Part shown: positions 18,834-27,800 of the stretch, in pieces | Layout: every line of letters starts with the position of its first letter | How positions within the stretch are numbered: position 1 is the first letter of the stretch | DNA from: an uncultured Candidatus Saccharibacteria bacterium | GTDB lineage: Bacteria; Patescibacteriota; Minisyncoccia; Phycocordibacterales; CSBR16-119 | DNA: 64,000 nucleotides | Direction: 5' to 3' | Assembly (NCBI GenBank): GCA_964426385.1 | Contig: CAYRQF010000001.1 | Location: 21,712-85,711 of the forward strand | The notes under the pieces: generated by a model | Database searches by the model: none | What the model was told of the DNA's origin: nothing | The model's input: the letters and a program-made list of their open reading frames with translations, nothing else | Program-made: the position numbers and the translations under genes

Positions 18834-19810
18834 CTGTCACGTTTGGTTATCTTCAGAAGTAATGCATGCCATGTTTCTGCATCTGGAATTTTTCTTAGTA
18901 ATTTCTGAGTGTCAGCGATCAGCATGTCTCGCTCTGAGTTTATCTTTTCTAGTGTTCCTGAAGTGGTCACTAGGCTTCGAAGTGTGTCTCTTTCGGTTTG
19001 GTTCAGCACCTTGCCAAAATATTTCTTGAAAGCTTTGTTTTTAATTAGATAGAAAGATACCAGTGTTGCCTGGCGAGTTTCTATGTCCTGAAAAGTCTTC
19101 TTGTTGAGCTTCTTCTCATCACCGAATATGTCGAGGAGGTCATCATCTATCTGAAATAGCACGCCCATATTTTCATTGAGGGTGCTGTATGTTTTCTGAA
19201 GTTTCTTGGATACTTTGACCCGTCTTAGAGAGAGTCCTATTTCTGCAGGGTGGGTGAAAGTATATCGCGCTGATTTGAGGATTGTTTTCTCGTCTATTTC
19301 TGTTTTGGTCCAGTTCGTACGGGTAGACATCTCAACATCCATCATCTCGCCTATAGCTACCTGCTCGACTAGTTTGCAGAATATACTATGGGACTCTGCT
19401 TCTTTATTTTGCTTTATAAAAGCTTCATGAGCCCAGTTCAGTACGAGGTCTCCTGCTAGGAGGGCGTATGAATTTCCATAATGCTGATCTTTCTCCAGGC
19501 TGTGGAGTGTGCGGGTTCCGTGTCTGGACGGTGACTTGTCGATGATGTCGTCATGGATTATAGCCATCAGATGGACGAGCTCGATAGCGATAAGTTGGTT
19601 AATTATCTGGCGATCAAGCTTCGAGGACCCATATGCCAAGTAGGCGATATACGGGCGTATTCTTTTGCCATTCTCTGCAACTCGTCTTATGTGCCCTACG
19701 ATGGCGTGAGTTTTTTTACTAGAGGTGACAGTACAAGCTCTAGCGATAGACTTATCTAGGTGAGATAAGAAAAGAGGGTCAAAGACTGTTCTGAAGTCTC
19801 CAAGGTGCAT
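18830..19810 (-). CDS. crtE: polyprenyl (geranylgeranyl) diphosphate synthase
   Basis: GKRIRP, first DDxxD (IHDDIID) and second DDxxD (QIDDDLLD) motifs; likely start at internal Met 19810, 1 nt after the trxB stop. Confidence 0.75.
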   Translation of the reverse strand: MHLGDFRTVFDPLFLSHLDKSIARACTVTSSKKTHAIVGHIRRVAENGKRIRPYIAYLAYGSSKLDRQIINQLIAIELVHLMAIIHDDIIDKSPSRHGTRTLHSLEKDQHYGNSYALLAGDLVLNWAHEAFIKQNKEAESHSIFCKLVEQVAIGEMMDVEMSTRTNWTKTEIDEKTILKSARYTFTHPAEIGLSLRRVKVSKKLQKTYSTLNENMGVLFQIDDDLLDIFGDEKKLNKKTFQDIETRQATLVSFYLIKNKAFKKYFGKVLNQTERDTLRSLVTTSGTLEKINSERDMLIADTQKLLRKIPDAETWHALLLKITKRDR

Positions 19811-19811
19811 G

Positions 19812-20741
19812 TTAAGTATTCTTATGTAGATACATGTAGATATCCTCGAGAGCTTTGACTCCGTCACCAGCGGCGATGTTGTTCTGGTGGTAGAGCACAT
19901 CCGCACAGTCACCAGCAGCCCATATGCCTGGGACGCTCGTCATCTGAGTACGAGGGTCAGTTATGATTTTTTTGTATTTATCCATCTCGACTACACCCTC
20001 GGCAAATCCGGTATTTGGGATCTGTCCTATCTCTACGAAGATACCTTTGACAGGGAGTTCCGTCTCTACTTCACCAACTTTATATTTGAGTCCTGAGACG
20101 AATTTGTCACCGAGGATAGCTGTGATCTCTGCGTTCATTACAGCTTTGGCCTTCGGGTTCGCCAAAACTTTCTCGACAGTTATCTCGTCAGCGCGAAACT
20201 CGGTAGATCGTTGGATGATGGTGACAGATGAGCAATATGCGAGCAGTTGCGCAGCCGTTTCGAGCGCGGCGTTGCCACCGCCAAGTACGGCGACGTCCTG
20301 ACCTGAGAATAGTGGTCCATCACATGAGGCGCAGTAGGTGAGACCTCGGTGCTCGAGTGCATCAGCGCCGGGGATAGATGAGTCGAGTTTTCGGCGTCCG
20401 GAGCCTGAGGTGATGAGGACTGCGCGAGTTTCGAATGATTCTCCTGCGTTGGTTATCACAGAAAATACTTTGTCAGCTTTCGAGAGACCTTCGACTCGTG
20501 CACCAGTTTTGACCGTGAGGAACTCGCCCTCGTAGTAGGCGACGTGAGCGCGCAGGTCCTTGGCGAGCTGTGAGCCAGCGATCTCGGGCGTGCCGATCCA
20601 GTTGTAGATTTTCTCAGAGACGACAGATTGTCCACCGAATTCTTCGGCAACCATTAGGGTTTTAAGTTGCTTCCTCGCAGCATAGACTGCTGCAGCTGAG
20701 CCAGCAGGTCCAGCACCAATTATTATCAAATCGTATGTCAT
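19812..20741 (-). CDS. trxB: thioredoxin-disulfide reductase
   Basis: MTYDLIIIGAGPAG FAD motif, redox-active CASCDG, second NAD(P) fold GGGNAALE; real start at Met 20741 (track ORF is N-terminally over-extended). Confidence 0.85.
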   Translation of the reverse strand: MTYDLIIIGAGPAGSAAAVYAARKQLKTLMVAEEFGGQSVVSEKIYNWIGTPEIAGSQLAKDLRAHVAYYEGEFLTVKTGARVEGLSKADKVFSVITNAGESFETRAVLITSGSGRRKLDSSIPGADALEHRGLTYCASCDGPLFSGQDVAVLGGGNAALETAAQLLAYCSSVTIIQRSTEFRADEITVEKVLANPKAKAVMNAEITAILGDKFVSGLKYKVGEVETELPVKGIFVEIGQIPNTGFAEGVVEMDKYKKIITDPRTQMTSVPGIWAAGDCADVLYHQNNIAAGDGVKALEDIYMYLHKNT

Positions 20742-20763
20742 AATTTTTCGATTATAGCATAAA

Positions 20764-20791
20764 CAAAAAACACCCCGAAGGGTGTTTTTTG
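20764..20791 (-). terminator. terminator downstream of ftsZ (AAAAAACACCC-CGAAG-GGTGTTTTTTG)
   Basis: Perfect hairpin with flanking A/T runs (bidirectional). Confidence 0.6.
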
Positions 20792-20793
20792 TT

Positions 20794-21990
20794 CTACTTC
20801 TTTCTTCGAAGGAAGCTTGGGACGGCACTCCAGTCATTGTCATCCTTGTCATCATCAGAGAATGCGTCATCGATTATCTCGATGGATTCTTTTGGCGTAG
20901 AGGCAGGGATGAAGTCATCATCAGTTTCGATTACTTCTGGCTTTTTGACTTTCTTCTCGAACTTCTCAGGGAGTTCTGCTGTCTTCTTCACCTCCATCTC
21001 AGTCTGAGCTTGGAAAAGAGACTTGCGTGGAGAATCCGTTGGGAAGCCTGTAGCGATAACGGTGATACGTATCTCGCCCTTCTTCAGCTTCTCGTCACGA
21101 GTAGTTCCGAAGATGACTTTCGCATCAGGGTCGATAGACTCCGTGATGATTTTAGCAGCGATCTGAACTTCCTGGATACCGAGGTCTTCGTTACCAGCGA
21201 TAGAGAAGAGTACGCCTTTGGCACCGTTGATTGAGATCTCGAGAAGTGGTGAGTTGATAGCGCGTAGGGCAGCTTCTTCCGCGCGGTTGTCGCCAGCAGC
21301 GCGTCCGATACCCATGAGGGCAGATCCTGCGTCAGACATAATGGCTTTGATATCGGCGAAGTCGACGTTGATGATACCAGGTGTGGTGATGAGGTCAGTT
21401 ATACCTTCGACAGCTTGGCGGAGAACCTCGTCGCACATGGCAAAGGCGTCTTTGAATGTAGTTTCCTTGTCAGATATAGCGAGTAGTCTGTCGTTCGGGA
21501 TGATGACGATAGCGTCAACTTCTTTCTCGAGTTCTTTGATACCCATCTCAGCGAGGCGTCCGCGATGCGCTCCCTCAAACGCAAACGGGCGAGTGACGAC
21601 AGCAACTGTGAGGATACCCTGTTCCTTCGACGCGCGAGCGACGATCGGTGCGGCACCTGTTCCTGTTCCGCCTCCCATTCCGCAGGCGATGAAGACGAGG
21701 TCTGCACCTTTGATAACGTCCTGGATTTCAGCTTTGGTTTCTTCGGCAGCTTTCTTGCCAACCTCAGGATTCATACCAGCACCGAGACCTTTGGTTAGGT
21801 TCTTGCCCAAATTTATTTTCTTGTCAGCGAGAGACTTATGGAGATCCTGAACGTCAGTGTTCATGACGATGAATTCAACGCCGTTCACCTTGGAACCGAT
21901 CATGTGATTGACTGCATTTTTACCAGAGCCACCAACGCCAATGACTTTGATGCGGGCGAAAGTTTCGATATCCGGGTTTAATTTAGCCAT
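20794..21990 (-). CDS. ftsZ: cell division GTPase FtsZ
   Basis: GVGGSGKNAVN tubulin signature and GGGTGTGAAP; acidic C-terminal tail. Confidence 0.9.
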   Translation of the reverse strand: MAKLNPDIETFARIKVIGVGGSGKNAVNHMIGSKVNGVEFIVMNTDVQDLHKSLADKKINLGKNLTKGLGAGMNPEVGKKAAEETKAEIQDVIKGADLVFIACGMGGGTGTGAAPIVARASKEQGILTVAVVTRPFAFEGAHRGRLAEMGIKELEKEVDAIVIIPNDRLLAISDKETTFKDAFAMCDEVLRQAVEGITDLITTPGIINVDFADIKAIMSDAGSALMGIGRAAGDNRAEEAALRAINSPLLEISINGAKGVLFSIAGNEDLGIQEVQIAAKIITESIDPDAKVIFGTTRDEKLKKGEIRITVIATGFPTDSPRKSLFQAQTEMEVKKTAELPEKFEKKVKKPEVIETDDDFIPASTPKESIEIIDDAFSDDDKDDNDWSAVPSFLRRKK

Positions 21991-22060
21991 AATTTCATTA
22001 GTTAGTTTTTGTTAACCTGTGAGAGATATATTACCAGAAAATAGGGAATGTCAAAGGAGG

Positions 22061-22089
22061 CCTAAAAGGTTGACAAATAAGACAATATA
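22061..22089 (+). promoter_or_regulatory. perfect sigma70-type promoter TTGACA-N17-TATAAT
   Basis: Exact consensus hexamers with 17-nt spacer, about 65 nt upstream of ORF 22155. Confidence 0.55.
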
Positions 22090-22154
22090 CTATATAATAT
22101 AGACAACATGAACCGAGCGGACACGCTCATAAAAACACCCGACAGGGTAAAAAC

Positions 22155-22565
22155 ATGGAAAAGCAAGAACTGACGGCAAAGCTGCTTCAAGGGTCGTACC
22201 TTCTGCATCGGATGGAAGCAGATATCCAACAGATGGTCTCTATGATCATCGGCTATGCAAGAAAGGCGAGCCTTTCGCATTCAAAGGATTACGTTTCCGC
22301 GGAGAAAATATCCACATCCTGTGAATGGAGAATGGAAGCAAAGAGAAAAGGGATGTTTCATCAAATCAGTGTGAGATGCAGGATCATTGCATCCTATGAA
22401 TCGATGACAACAGGATATAGTTCCGATGGATCGATGAGCCTTCCACAGGAGTATGTTCAGACCGTTCACGAGGACCTACACCGCTTTGTTGAAATGATGG
22501 TCGCGGCATATCCGAACATCGAGAAGGCTTGGAAGCCGCTCCTTGATGTAGCAGATCACAAGTAG
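22155..22565 (+). CDS. small hypothetical protein (136 aa), paralogous to ORF 54680..55156, inserted antisense between ftsA and ftsZ
   Basis: Shares collinear motifs GxYLxxRMEAD, [IV]GY..RAS and CxRM with ORF 54680; consensus promoter upstream and hairpin terminator downstream. Confidence 0.4.
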   Translation: MEKQELTAKLLQGSYLLHRMEADIQQMVSMIIGYARKASLSHSKDYVSAEKISTSCEWRMEAKRKGMFHQISVRCRIIASYESMTTGYSSDGSMSLPQEYVQTVHEDLHRFVEMMVAAYPNIEKAWKPLLDVADHK

Positions 22566-22579
22566 AAGATCGTTCTTTC

Positions 22580-22613
22580 GAAGCCCAGCGGTGCATGCAC
22601 CACTGGGCTTTTT
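22580..22613 (+). terminator. hairpin terminator GAAGCCCAGCGGTGCA-TGCACCACTGGGCTTTTT
   Basis: Long imperfect palindrome plus T-run after ORF 22155..22565. Confidence 0.5.
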
Positions 22614-22619
22614 CGTTTT

Positions 22620-22650
22620 CTTAAATCTTAATTCCTAAATCTTAAATCTC
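22620..22650 (-). repeat. heptamer-array repeat (GATTTAR)x4, copy 1 of 3, reverse orientation
   Basis: Reverse complement GAGATTTAAGATTTAGGAATTAAGATTTAAG differs by 1 nt from 58388-58418. Confidence 0.7.
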
Positions 22651-22652
22651 GT

Positions 22653-23813
22653 CTACGGCATGAGCTGCTTCCCAATCCCACTAAAAATCTTTTTGATATT
22701 ATGCCAAGTTTGAGAGACGATGTTTGGATAACTGTTGTCTTTCTGAACGCCTTTGCCCACCATACATAGTCCATATGCAACAAACCACGTTGGATCGACA
22801 GAATTCTTACTTTTGAGACCATTCATCTTTGATGGTAGAGCTAGAGTTCTCTTCGAGATGTCTTCAATGCTTTTTACATTGGCGCCACCTCCGATGATGA
22901 TAGCTCCTGCAGGCAGACGTTCGTCTCTATTTATTTTCTTCAGGAATTTCTGGATAACGTCGAATATTTCGTTGATACGAGCATTGATGATGTCATCGAT
23001 TTTTCTCTGCTGGATGTCGGTCGTGATCTTGCCGAGCTTGATACCTTCGGCATCCTCGAGCGATATCTTGAGCCCGAGCGCGAGGTCGTTCGTTATATTA
23101 TTCGATCCGATAGGGAAGACTTTGAGCGAGATGATATTGCCGTCCTCGAATACGATAACAGAGGTGTTCTCGTCACCGATGTCGATGAGGATACACCCAG
23201 CAGTACGCTGACGCTCATCGAGTGCGACGTATGACGCTGATACTGGGCAGGCGATAACGTCTACGACATCTATACCTGCTGCATTGATAGAACTGACTAG
23301 GTCTTCGAGATGCTGATTGGCACAGTTGATGAATAGAGTAGTCACCTCTAGGCGAACTCCGCGCATGCCTTCGACTTTGCCGTATATTTCTTTGCTATCT
23401 AGTTTGAAAATTACAGGTAGTGTGTCGATGATATGTTTGTTCAGGTTTTTGAGAGACTGCTCCGAGTCTTTGACAGCTTTCTCCACATCGAGTCTGGTGA
23501 CTTCGTTATCAGCACGGGAAATTATCGCTGAGCCACGAGCCACCTTGGATTCGAGTGTGATACCGCCGATAGAAATAGTGGCTTGGCGGATCTTGATACC
23601 ACTAGAGACTTCGGCATCGTGGACCGCGAGCTCGATAGACTTCACGAGTTCTTTCTGGTCAGAAACGAAGCCTTTCTTGAGGCCTCTGGTCGGGGCGACA
23701 CCCGTTCCGATGATGCGTGAAGTTTTCGTGTCTTTATCTTTACCGTGTTCGACGACCATGACTTTGGTCGAGGAGCTACCGATATCGATACCGACAGTTA
23801 CATTTTTTGCCAT
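22653..23813 (-). CDS. ftsA: cell division protein FtsA
   Basis: Actin-like ATPase; N-terminal VGIDIGSSSTKVMVVE; SHS2 domain; immediately upstream of ftsZ. Confidence 0.85.
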   Translation of the reverse strand: MAKNVTVGIDIGSSSTKVMVVEHGKDKDTKTSRIIGTGVAPTRGLKKGFVSDQKELVKSIELAVHDAEVSSGIKIRQATISIGGITLESKVARGSAIISRADNEVTRLDVEKAVKDSEQSLKNLNKHIIDTLPVIFKLDSKEIYGKVEGMRGVRLEVTTLFINCANQHLEDLVSSINAAGIDVVDVIACPVSASYVALDERQRTAGCILIDIGDENTSVIVFEDGNIISLKVFPIGSNNITNDLALGLKISLEDAEGIKLGKITTDIQQRKIDDIINARINEIFDVIQKFLKKINRDERLPAGAIIIGGGANVKSIEDISKRTLALPSKMNGLKSKNSVDPTWFVAYGLCMVGKGVQKDNSYPNIVSQTWHNIKKIFSGIGKQLMP

Positions 23814-23862
23814 AGAGAATTAGATTATGGCGGATAGCTTTTAGCTCATACTTCAAAAAAGC

Positions 23863-24255
23863 TTAACTAGAAAACTTTGAAAACAAACGCTTTTCCGCAG
23901 CTTCCATTCTACTACCATGGACATGATGCGCCAAATGTAGCATTCCGTGGATAACTATATATTTCAAATGTTGTCGACAACCTCGGCCGTATTCCAAACA
24001 TTCTTTCTTTACTGTTTCGACACACACAACTATTTCTCCTAGATTATCTGATAATGGGAACGATAGTACGTTGGTGTGAGAGTCGTCACCTTTGTGGATA
24101 CGAGAAAGTTTCTTTATCTCTTTGAGCGAGACAAAAGACAGAGATAGTTCATACTTGTTTCCGAGAATTTCCTTCTTCATGCGTGCGAAAAGCGCTCTTG
24201 GTAGAGCGCTTTCCTTGAGGTTGTTTATGTCTAGATTATCTCCGGCCGTTTTCAT
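23863..24255 (-). CDS. ybeY: rRNA maturation endoribonuclease YbeY
   Basis: HGMLHLAHHVHG metal-binding motif (HxxxHxxxxxH). Confidence 0.75.
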   Translation of the reverse strand: MKTAGDNLDINNLKESALPRALFARMKKEILGNKYELSLSFVSLKEIKKLSRIHKGDDSHTNVLSFPLSDNLGEIVVCVETVKKECLEYGRGCRQHLKYIVIHGMLHLAHHVHGSRMEAAEKRLFSKFSS

Positions 24256-24491
24256 TAGGCGATTTTGCCGAGTTTCTTGAGTTTGGCGTACTCAGTCCTT
24301 TTCTCCATTCGCTTTAGGGCATTCTTCTTCATAACAAATGATGAAGGCTTGCGCTCACTGTAGCGTGTATCTTTGACATGGCGAACTATGCCAGTCTCGC
24401 GGATGCGTCGTGAAAACCGGCGCATAACTGAAGCGCTCGATTCGTTCCCGTTTTTCTTTATTTCTACTACTGTTCTTGCCATAGTTGCCAT
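24255..24491 (-). CDS. rpsU: 30S ribosomal protein S21
   Basis: Basic 78-aa protein with S21-like RRFSRRIRETGIV...RYSERKPSS core. Confidence 0.7.
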   Translation of the reverse strand: MATMARTVVEIKKNGNESSASVMRRFSRRIRETGIVRHVKDTRYSERKPSSFVMKKNALKRMEKRTEYAKLKKLGKIA

Positions 24492-24537
24492 ACCATATCA
24501 CACAATGTTTTGGCTTGCAATACCACCAGGGTGTTGA

Positions 24538-26406
24538 TTAGAAAAGGTTTTCCGGATTTAGCCGAATTTGCCATTCGGGACCGAGTCCGGAGAGTATCTG
24601 GGCGAGTTCCAAGTCTATCGTTACAGGGGTATTTATATTACCTTCATTCCACTCGGAAGCGGGAAGCTTGATGAGTATATTGGTCTCTATGTTGGGTCCA
24701 CGGTGTACAGAACGAGTGTTTGGATGATATCCTGACAGGTTCATGTCAACGAATTCTTTGATCCGGGCCCCTGCGCTCTCTTTGCCCACATGCGTGAGTT
24801 TGATAATCGTACTAAAAGGCGGATAGCGGAAGAGCTCACGACGGCCAACCTCGGCTCGGAAGAAATTTTCGAGGTCATTGTCTGTGAGGCTCGATAGAAT
24901 AGGATTATCAGGTGTGCGAGTTTGGATAATAGAGTTCTTCTCGGCGACACTCGTGACGGCGAGCGACAGGTGGAGCATGCGTTCGTATGCTTTGTAGCTT
25001 GGGATATTTTGGAGAGTCTCCATCGATATGATGACAGAGTTATCGATAGGCTCCGTGAGATAGGCGAGAGCCATCTCAGTGCCAACGAGTACGGCATCAG
25101 CCTCAGCGTAGAATTTCCCTGCGATATCTTTGGCTTTCTTCTCGCTACCCGTTACTTCTTTGTCTATATGGAATACTTTTTTCTTTGGAAATAGTTTCCG
25201 GACTTCTTCGGTGACTGTTTCCGTGCCGATACCTAGGCTGTCGAAATTCCAACTGTTGCATATAGGACAACGCAGGTTTTCATCGATAATTTTTCTAGTA
25301 TAGGCATTGCGAACTGTTCGTTTACCATCTCGCTCGTGGATAACTAGGGGTTGTCCATCGTCTTCCATTACATGTTTACAGTCGTGGCATACGACTTGGG
25401 TAGAGAGGCCTTTCCTGAGGGCAAAGAGAAAAGTCCTGCCAGGTTCTCGGATTAGGCTCGCTGTGTCGTTGGACAGCACGAAACTTTTCTTGAAAAGGTT
25501 TTCCTTGTTAGTCATGTCGCTAACGCTAAACGTTCGACTCCCAGCACTAAGTTCGAAGTCTAGAGTTTTCTTGTCGGTTGTACGAGCTATGGTTTCGACC
25601 GACAGGATGTCGTCAGCGAATATAAGATCAGTGTGCATATGACGAGCGATGAATCCTGCAAATGTGCGAATATCAAAATAAGGTTTTTTGATTGTGCGAT
25701 ATGACGACGATGATTCGTGTTCTACTATGTATGTTCCGATATCGTGACGAGGGATGAATAGAAATGCCGGCGTAGTGATGAGTAGTGTCGGTCCTGTCGA
25801 TTGCAAGACACTGTTATATTTTTCTACGATTTTTTTCTCCGATCCAAACATTGTGAAGATGTTTTCTATATCAACTCGCAGTAATTGCTCGAATTTTCGA
25901 ACTTCTTTGATTGTCGGGAGAACGAGGTGAACAGATTTACCATCAGCATGAGAATCAGAGATATATTTTTTATAAAAATCTATTCTTTTGGCGAGGGGTC
26001 GTTGCAAGGCAAAGAATCCAGCAGTATTCGATGAAACTCTCTTTTTAGGAACATCGATATCATCATACTTCTCTAGGAGGATGGAAGGGATAAAATAATT
26101 CATAACCTGCCCCACGTTACCGATGAAGTAGCGAGAGGCTTCTCTGCACGCTTCGAAGAATTCGGGGTAGAATTTCGCCCGACCTTTCACGCTTTCTATT
26201 TTCTTCAAGCCAAAACTTGCGGTTTTGATATCGCCTTTGGACTCGTTGATTGGTGAGACGCCGAGTACTATGGCGCTGATTAGCTTTTTGCGGACTTCAG
26301 TGTTTACCACATCTCCTACTTTTACCTCGCGCGCTGAGTAGTAGGTCAGAGAGTCTTTGTGGATGCTGGCCGATATGGGGCTGACCTCTATAAGTTTCAT
26401 ATTCAA
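24538..26406 (-). CDS. PriA-like primosomal protein with degenerate ATPase motifs
   Basis: N-terminal 3'-DNA-binding-domain-like region; Cys4 cluster CHDCKH...CPICN; GKSVHLVLPTI resembles the PriA segment after motif I, but no GxGK[ST] Walker A anywhere; DEEH replaced by IVEHESSSSY. Confidence 0.55.
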   Translation of the reverse strand: MNMKLIEVSPISASIHKDSLTYYSAREVKVGDVVNTEVRKKLISAIVLGVSPINESKGDIKTASFGLKKIESVKGRAKFYPEFFEACREASRYFIGNVGQVMNYFIPSILLEKYDDIDVPKKRVSSNTAGFFALQRPLAKRIDFYKKYISDSHADGKSVHLVLPTIKEVRKFEQLLRVDIENIFTMFGSEKKIVEKYNSVLQSTGPTLLITTPAFLFIPRHDIGTYIVEHESSSSYRTIKKPYFDIRTFAGFIARHMHTDLIFADDILSVETIARTTDKKTLDFELSAGSRTFSVSDMTNKENLFKKSFVLSNDTASLIREPGRTFLFALRKGLSTQVVCHDCKHVMEDDGQPLVIHERDGKRTVRNAYTRKIIDENLRCPICNSWNFDSLGIGTETVTEEVRKLFPKKKVFHIDKEVTGSEKKAKDIAGKFYAEADAVLVGTEMALAYLTEPIDNSVIISMETLQNIPSYKAYERMLHLSLAVTSVAEKNSIIQTRTPDNPILSSLTDNDLENFFRAEVGRRELFRYPPFSTIIKLTHVGKESAGARIKEFVDMNLSGYHPNTRSVHRGPNIETNILIKLPASEWNEGNINTPVTIDLELAQILSGLGPEWQIRLNPENLF

Positions 26407-26471
26407 ATATTAGCATTACCGGAGTTTCCTAACTACTATATGAGTGTTATCATGGAGATTCATTCATATAT

Positions 26472-27788
26472 ATGGAAACACAAGACAAAATCATCATACA
26501 AGGGGGCAAAAAGCTAGGGGGTACGATAGAGATCCAGGGAGCGAAGAACGAGGCGCTACAAGTTATATGCGCCACGCTTCTTTCTGACGAGACTGTTACA
26601 CTCGAGCGTGTACCAAAAATCCTCGACGTTATACACCTTATGGATACACTGCGTTATATCGGTGTTGATATAGAGAATCTCGGAGGCGGTACCTACAGCT
26701 TGAATTCTGCAAATCTAGATATCGAGAAGCTCCGTACTCCGGAGTGTCGTGCCATGGTGTCAAAAACTCGCGGAGCTCTGATGATCGCTGGGGCGCTTCT
26801 CGGACGATTCGGTGAGGCGTATATGTCGCGACCTGGCGGAGACAAGATAGGCATCCGACCGATAGATGTTCATCTCCAGGGCTTCGAGTCACTCGGTGCC
26901 AAGATCACTGACAAGAACCAAGAGTATAGAGAGATCAGGCTCGATCGGCTTATCACGTCAGATTTTTATCTATTTGAGATATCGGTAACAGGTACGGCGA
27001 ATATAATTCTCGCATCAGTTCTAACCAAAGGTGAGCCTGCGACTGTGACGATCAGAAATGCAGCGAGCGAGCCTTATGTTGTCGGGCTATGTAATATGTT
27101 GAATGCGATGGGTGCGCAGATTCACGGAGTCGGGACGAATACGCTACATATCGTCACAGTTCCGAAGCTTGCTGGGGCAACTCACCGACTTTCACCAGAC
27201 TTCGTCGAGGCAGGTAGCTTCATCGGTCTCGCCGCTCTGACAGGGTCTGAGATACAGCTCAAGAATATTACTCTTGCAGATCTCGGACATATGATTCCGT
27301 ATACTTTCAATATGCTCGGTATCAAGATTCGGGAAACCAAAGACGGCGTCATCGTGCCGGCACATAAACATTACAAAATCGAGAAGCTCCGAGATGGACA
27401 TATCAGAGAAATATATGATGCTCCTTGGCCAGGACTAACTCCCGATCTGTTGTCGATATTTCTAGTCGTCGCGACTCAGGCTGAGGGGGTGGTCAAGATT
27501 CATCAGAAAATGTTCGAGAAGAGATTATTGTTTGCCGACACTCTCCAGAACATGGGTGCGCAGGTAGAAATTTGCGATCCTCACCGTGCCATAGTCATCG
27601 GACTCAATCATGACTACAAACTTCATGGTACAGAGATGGTTTCTCCTGATATTCGTGCCGGCATGGCACTACTCATAGCCGCTCTCGCAGCCGACGGTGA
27701 GAGTGTTATAGAAAACGCAGATCAGATCAACCGAGGGTATGAGCATATATTTGATCGGTTACGTGCTCTAGGTGCCGATATCAAATAA
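26472..27788 (+). CDS. murA: UDP-N-acetylglucosamine 1-carboxyvinyltransferase
   Basis: IQGGKKLGGTIEIQGAKNEAL N-terminal signature; 438 aa. Confidence 0.85.
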   Translation: METQDKIIIQGGKKLGGTIEIQGAKNEALQVICATLLSDETVTLERVPKILDVIHLMDTLRYIGVDIENLGGGTYSLNSANLDIEKLRTPECRAMVSKTRGALMIAGALLGRFGEAYMSRPGGDKIGIRPIDVHLQGFESLGAKITDKNQEYREIRLDRLITSDFYLFEISVTGTANIILASVLTKGEPATVTIRNAASEPYVVGLCNMLNAMGAQIHGVGTNTLHIVTVPKLAGATHRLSPDFVEAGSFIGLAALTGSEIQLKNITLADLGHMIPYTFNMLGIKIRETKDGVIVPAHKHYKIEKLRDGHIREIYDAPWPGLTPDLLSIFLVVATQAEGVVKIHQKMFEKRLLFADTLQNMGAQVEICDPHRAIVIGLNHDYKLHGTEMVSPDIRAGMALLIAALAADGESVIENADQINRGYEHIFDRLRALGADIK

Positions 27789-27800
27789 TTTCTACAAAGG

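Noticed and set aside
19812-20870. Long N-terminal extension of trxB (start 20870) and of crtE (19912), holB (35687), lpxC-like (10764) and the large secreted-protein gene (15383) given by the ORF track
   Set aside because: Internal Met codons coincide with the conserved N-terminal motifs or signal peptides and remove overlaps with upstream genes. The track ORFs simply run back to the previous stop codon.
21218-21850. 210-aa plus-strand ORF inside ftsZ, and similar antisense ORFs inside dnaK (57161..57712), the crt genes and the large secreted-protein gene
   Set aside because: They fully overlap well-supported conserved genes on the opposite strand and have low-complexity S/A/R-rich translations.
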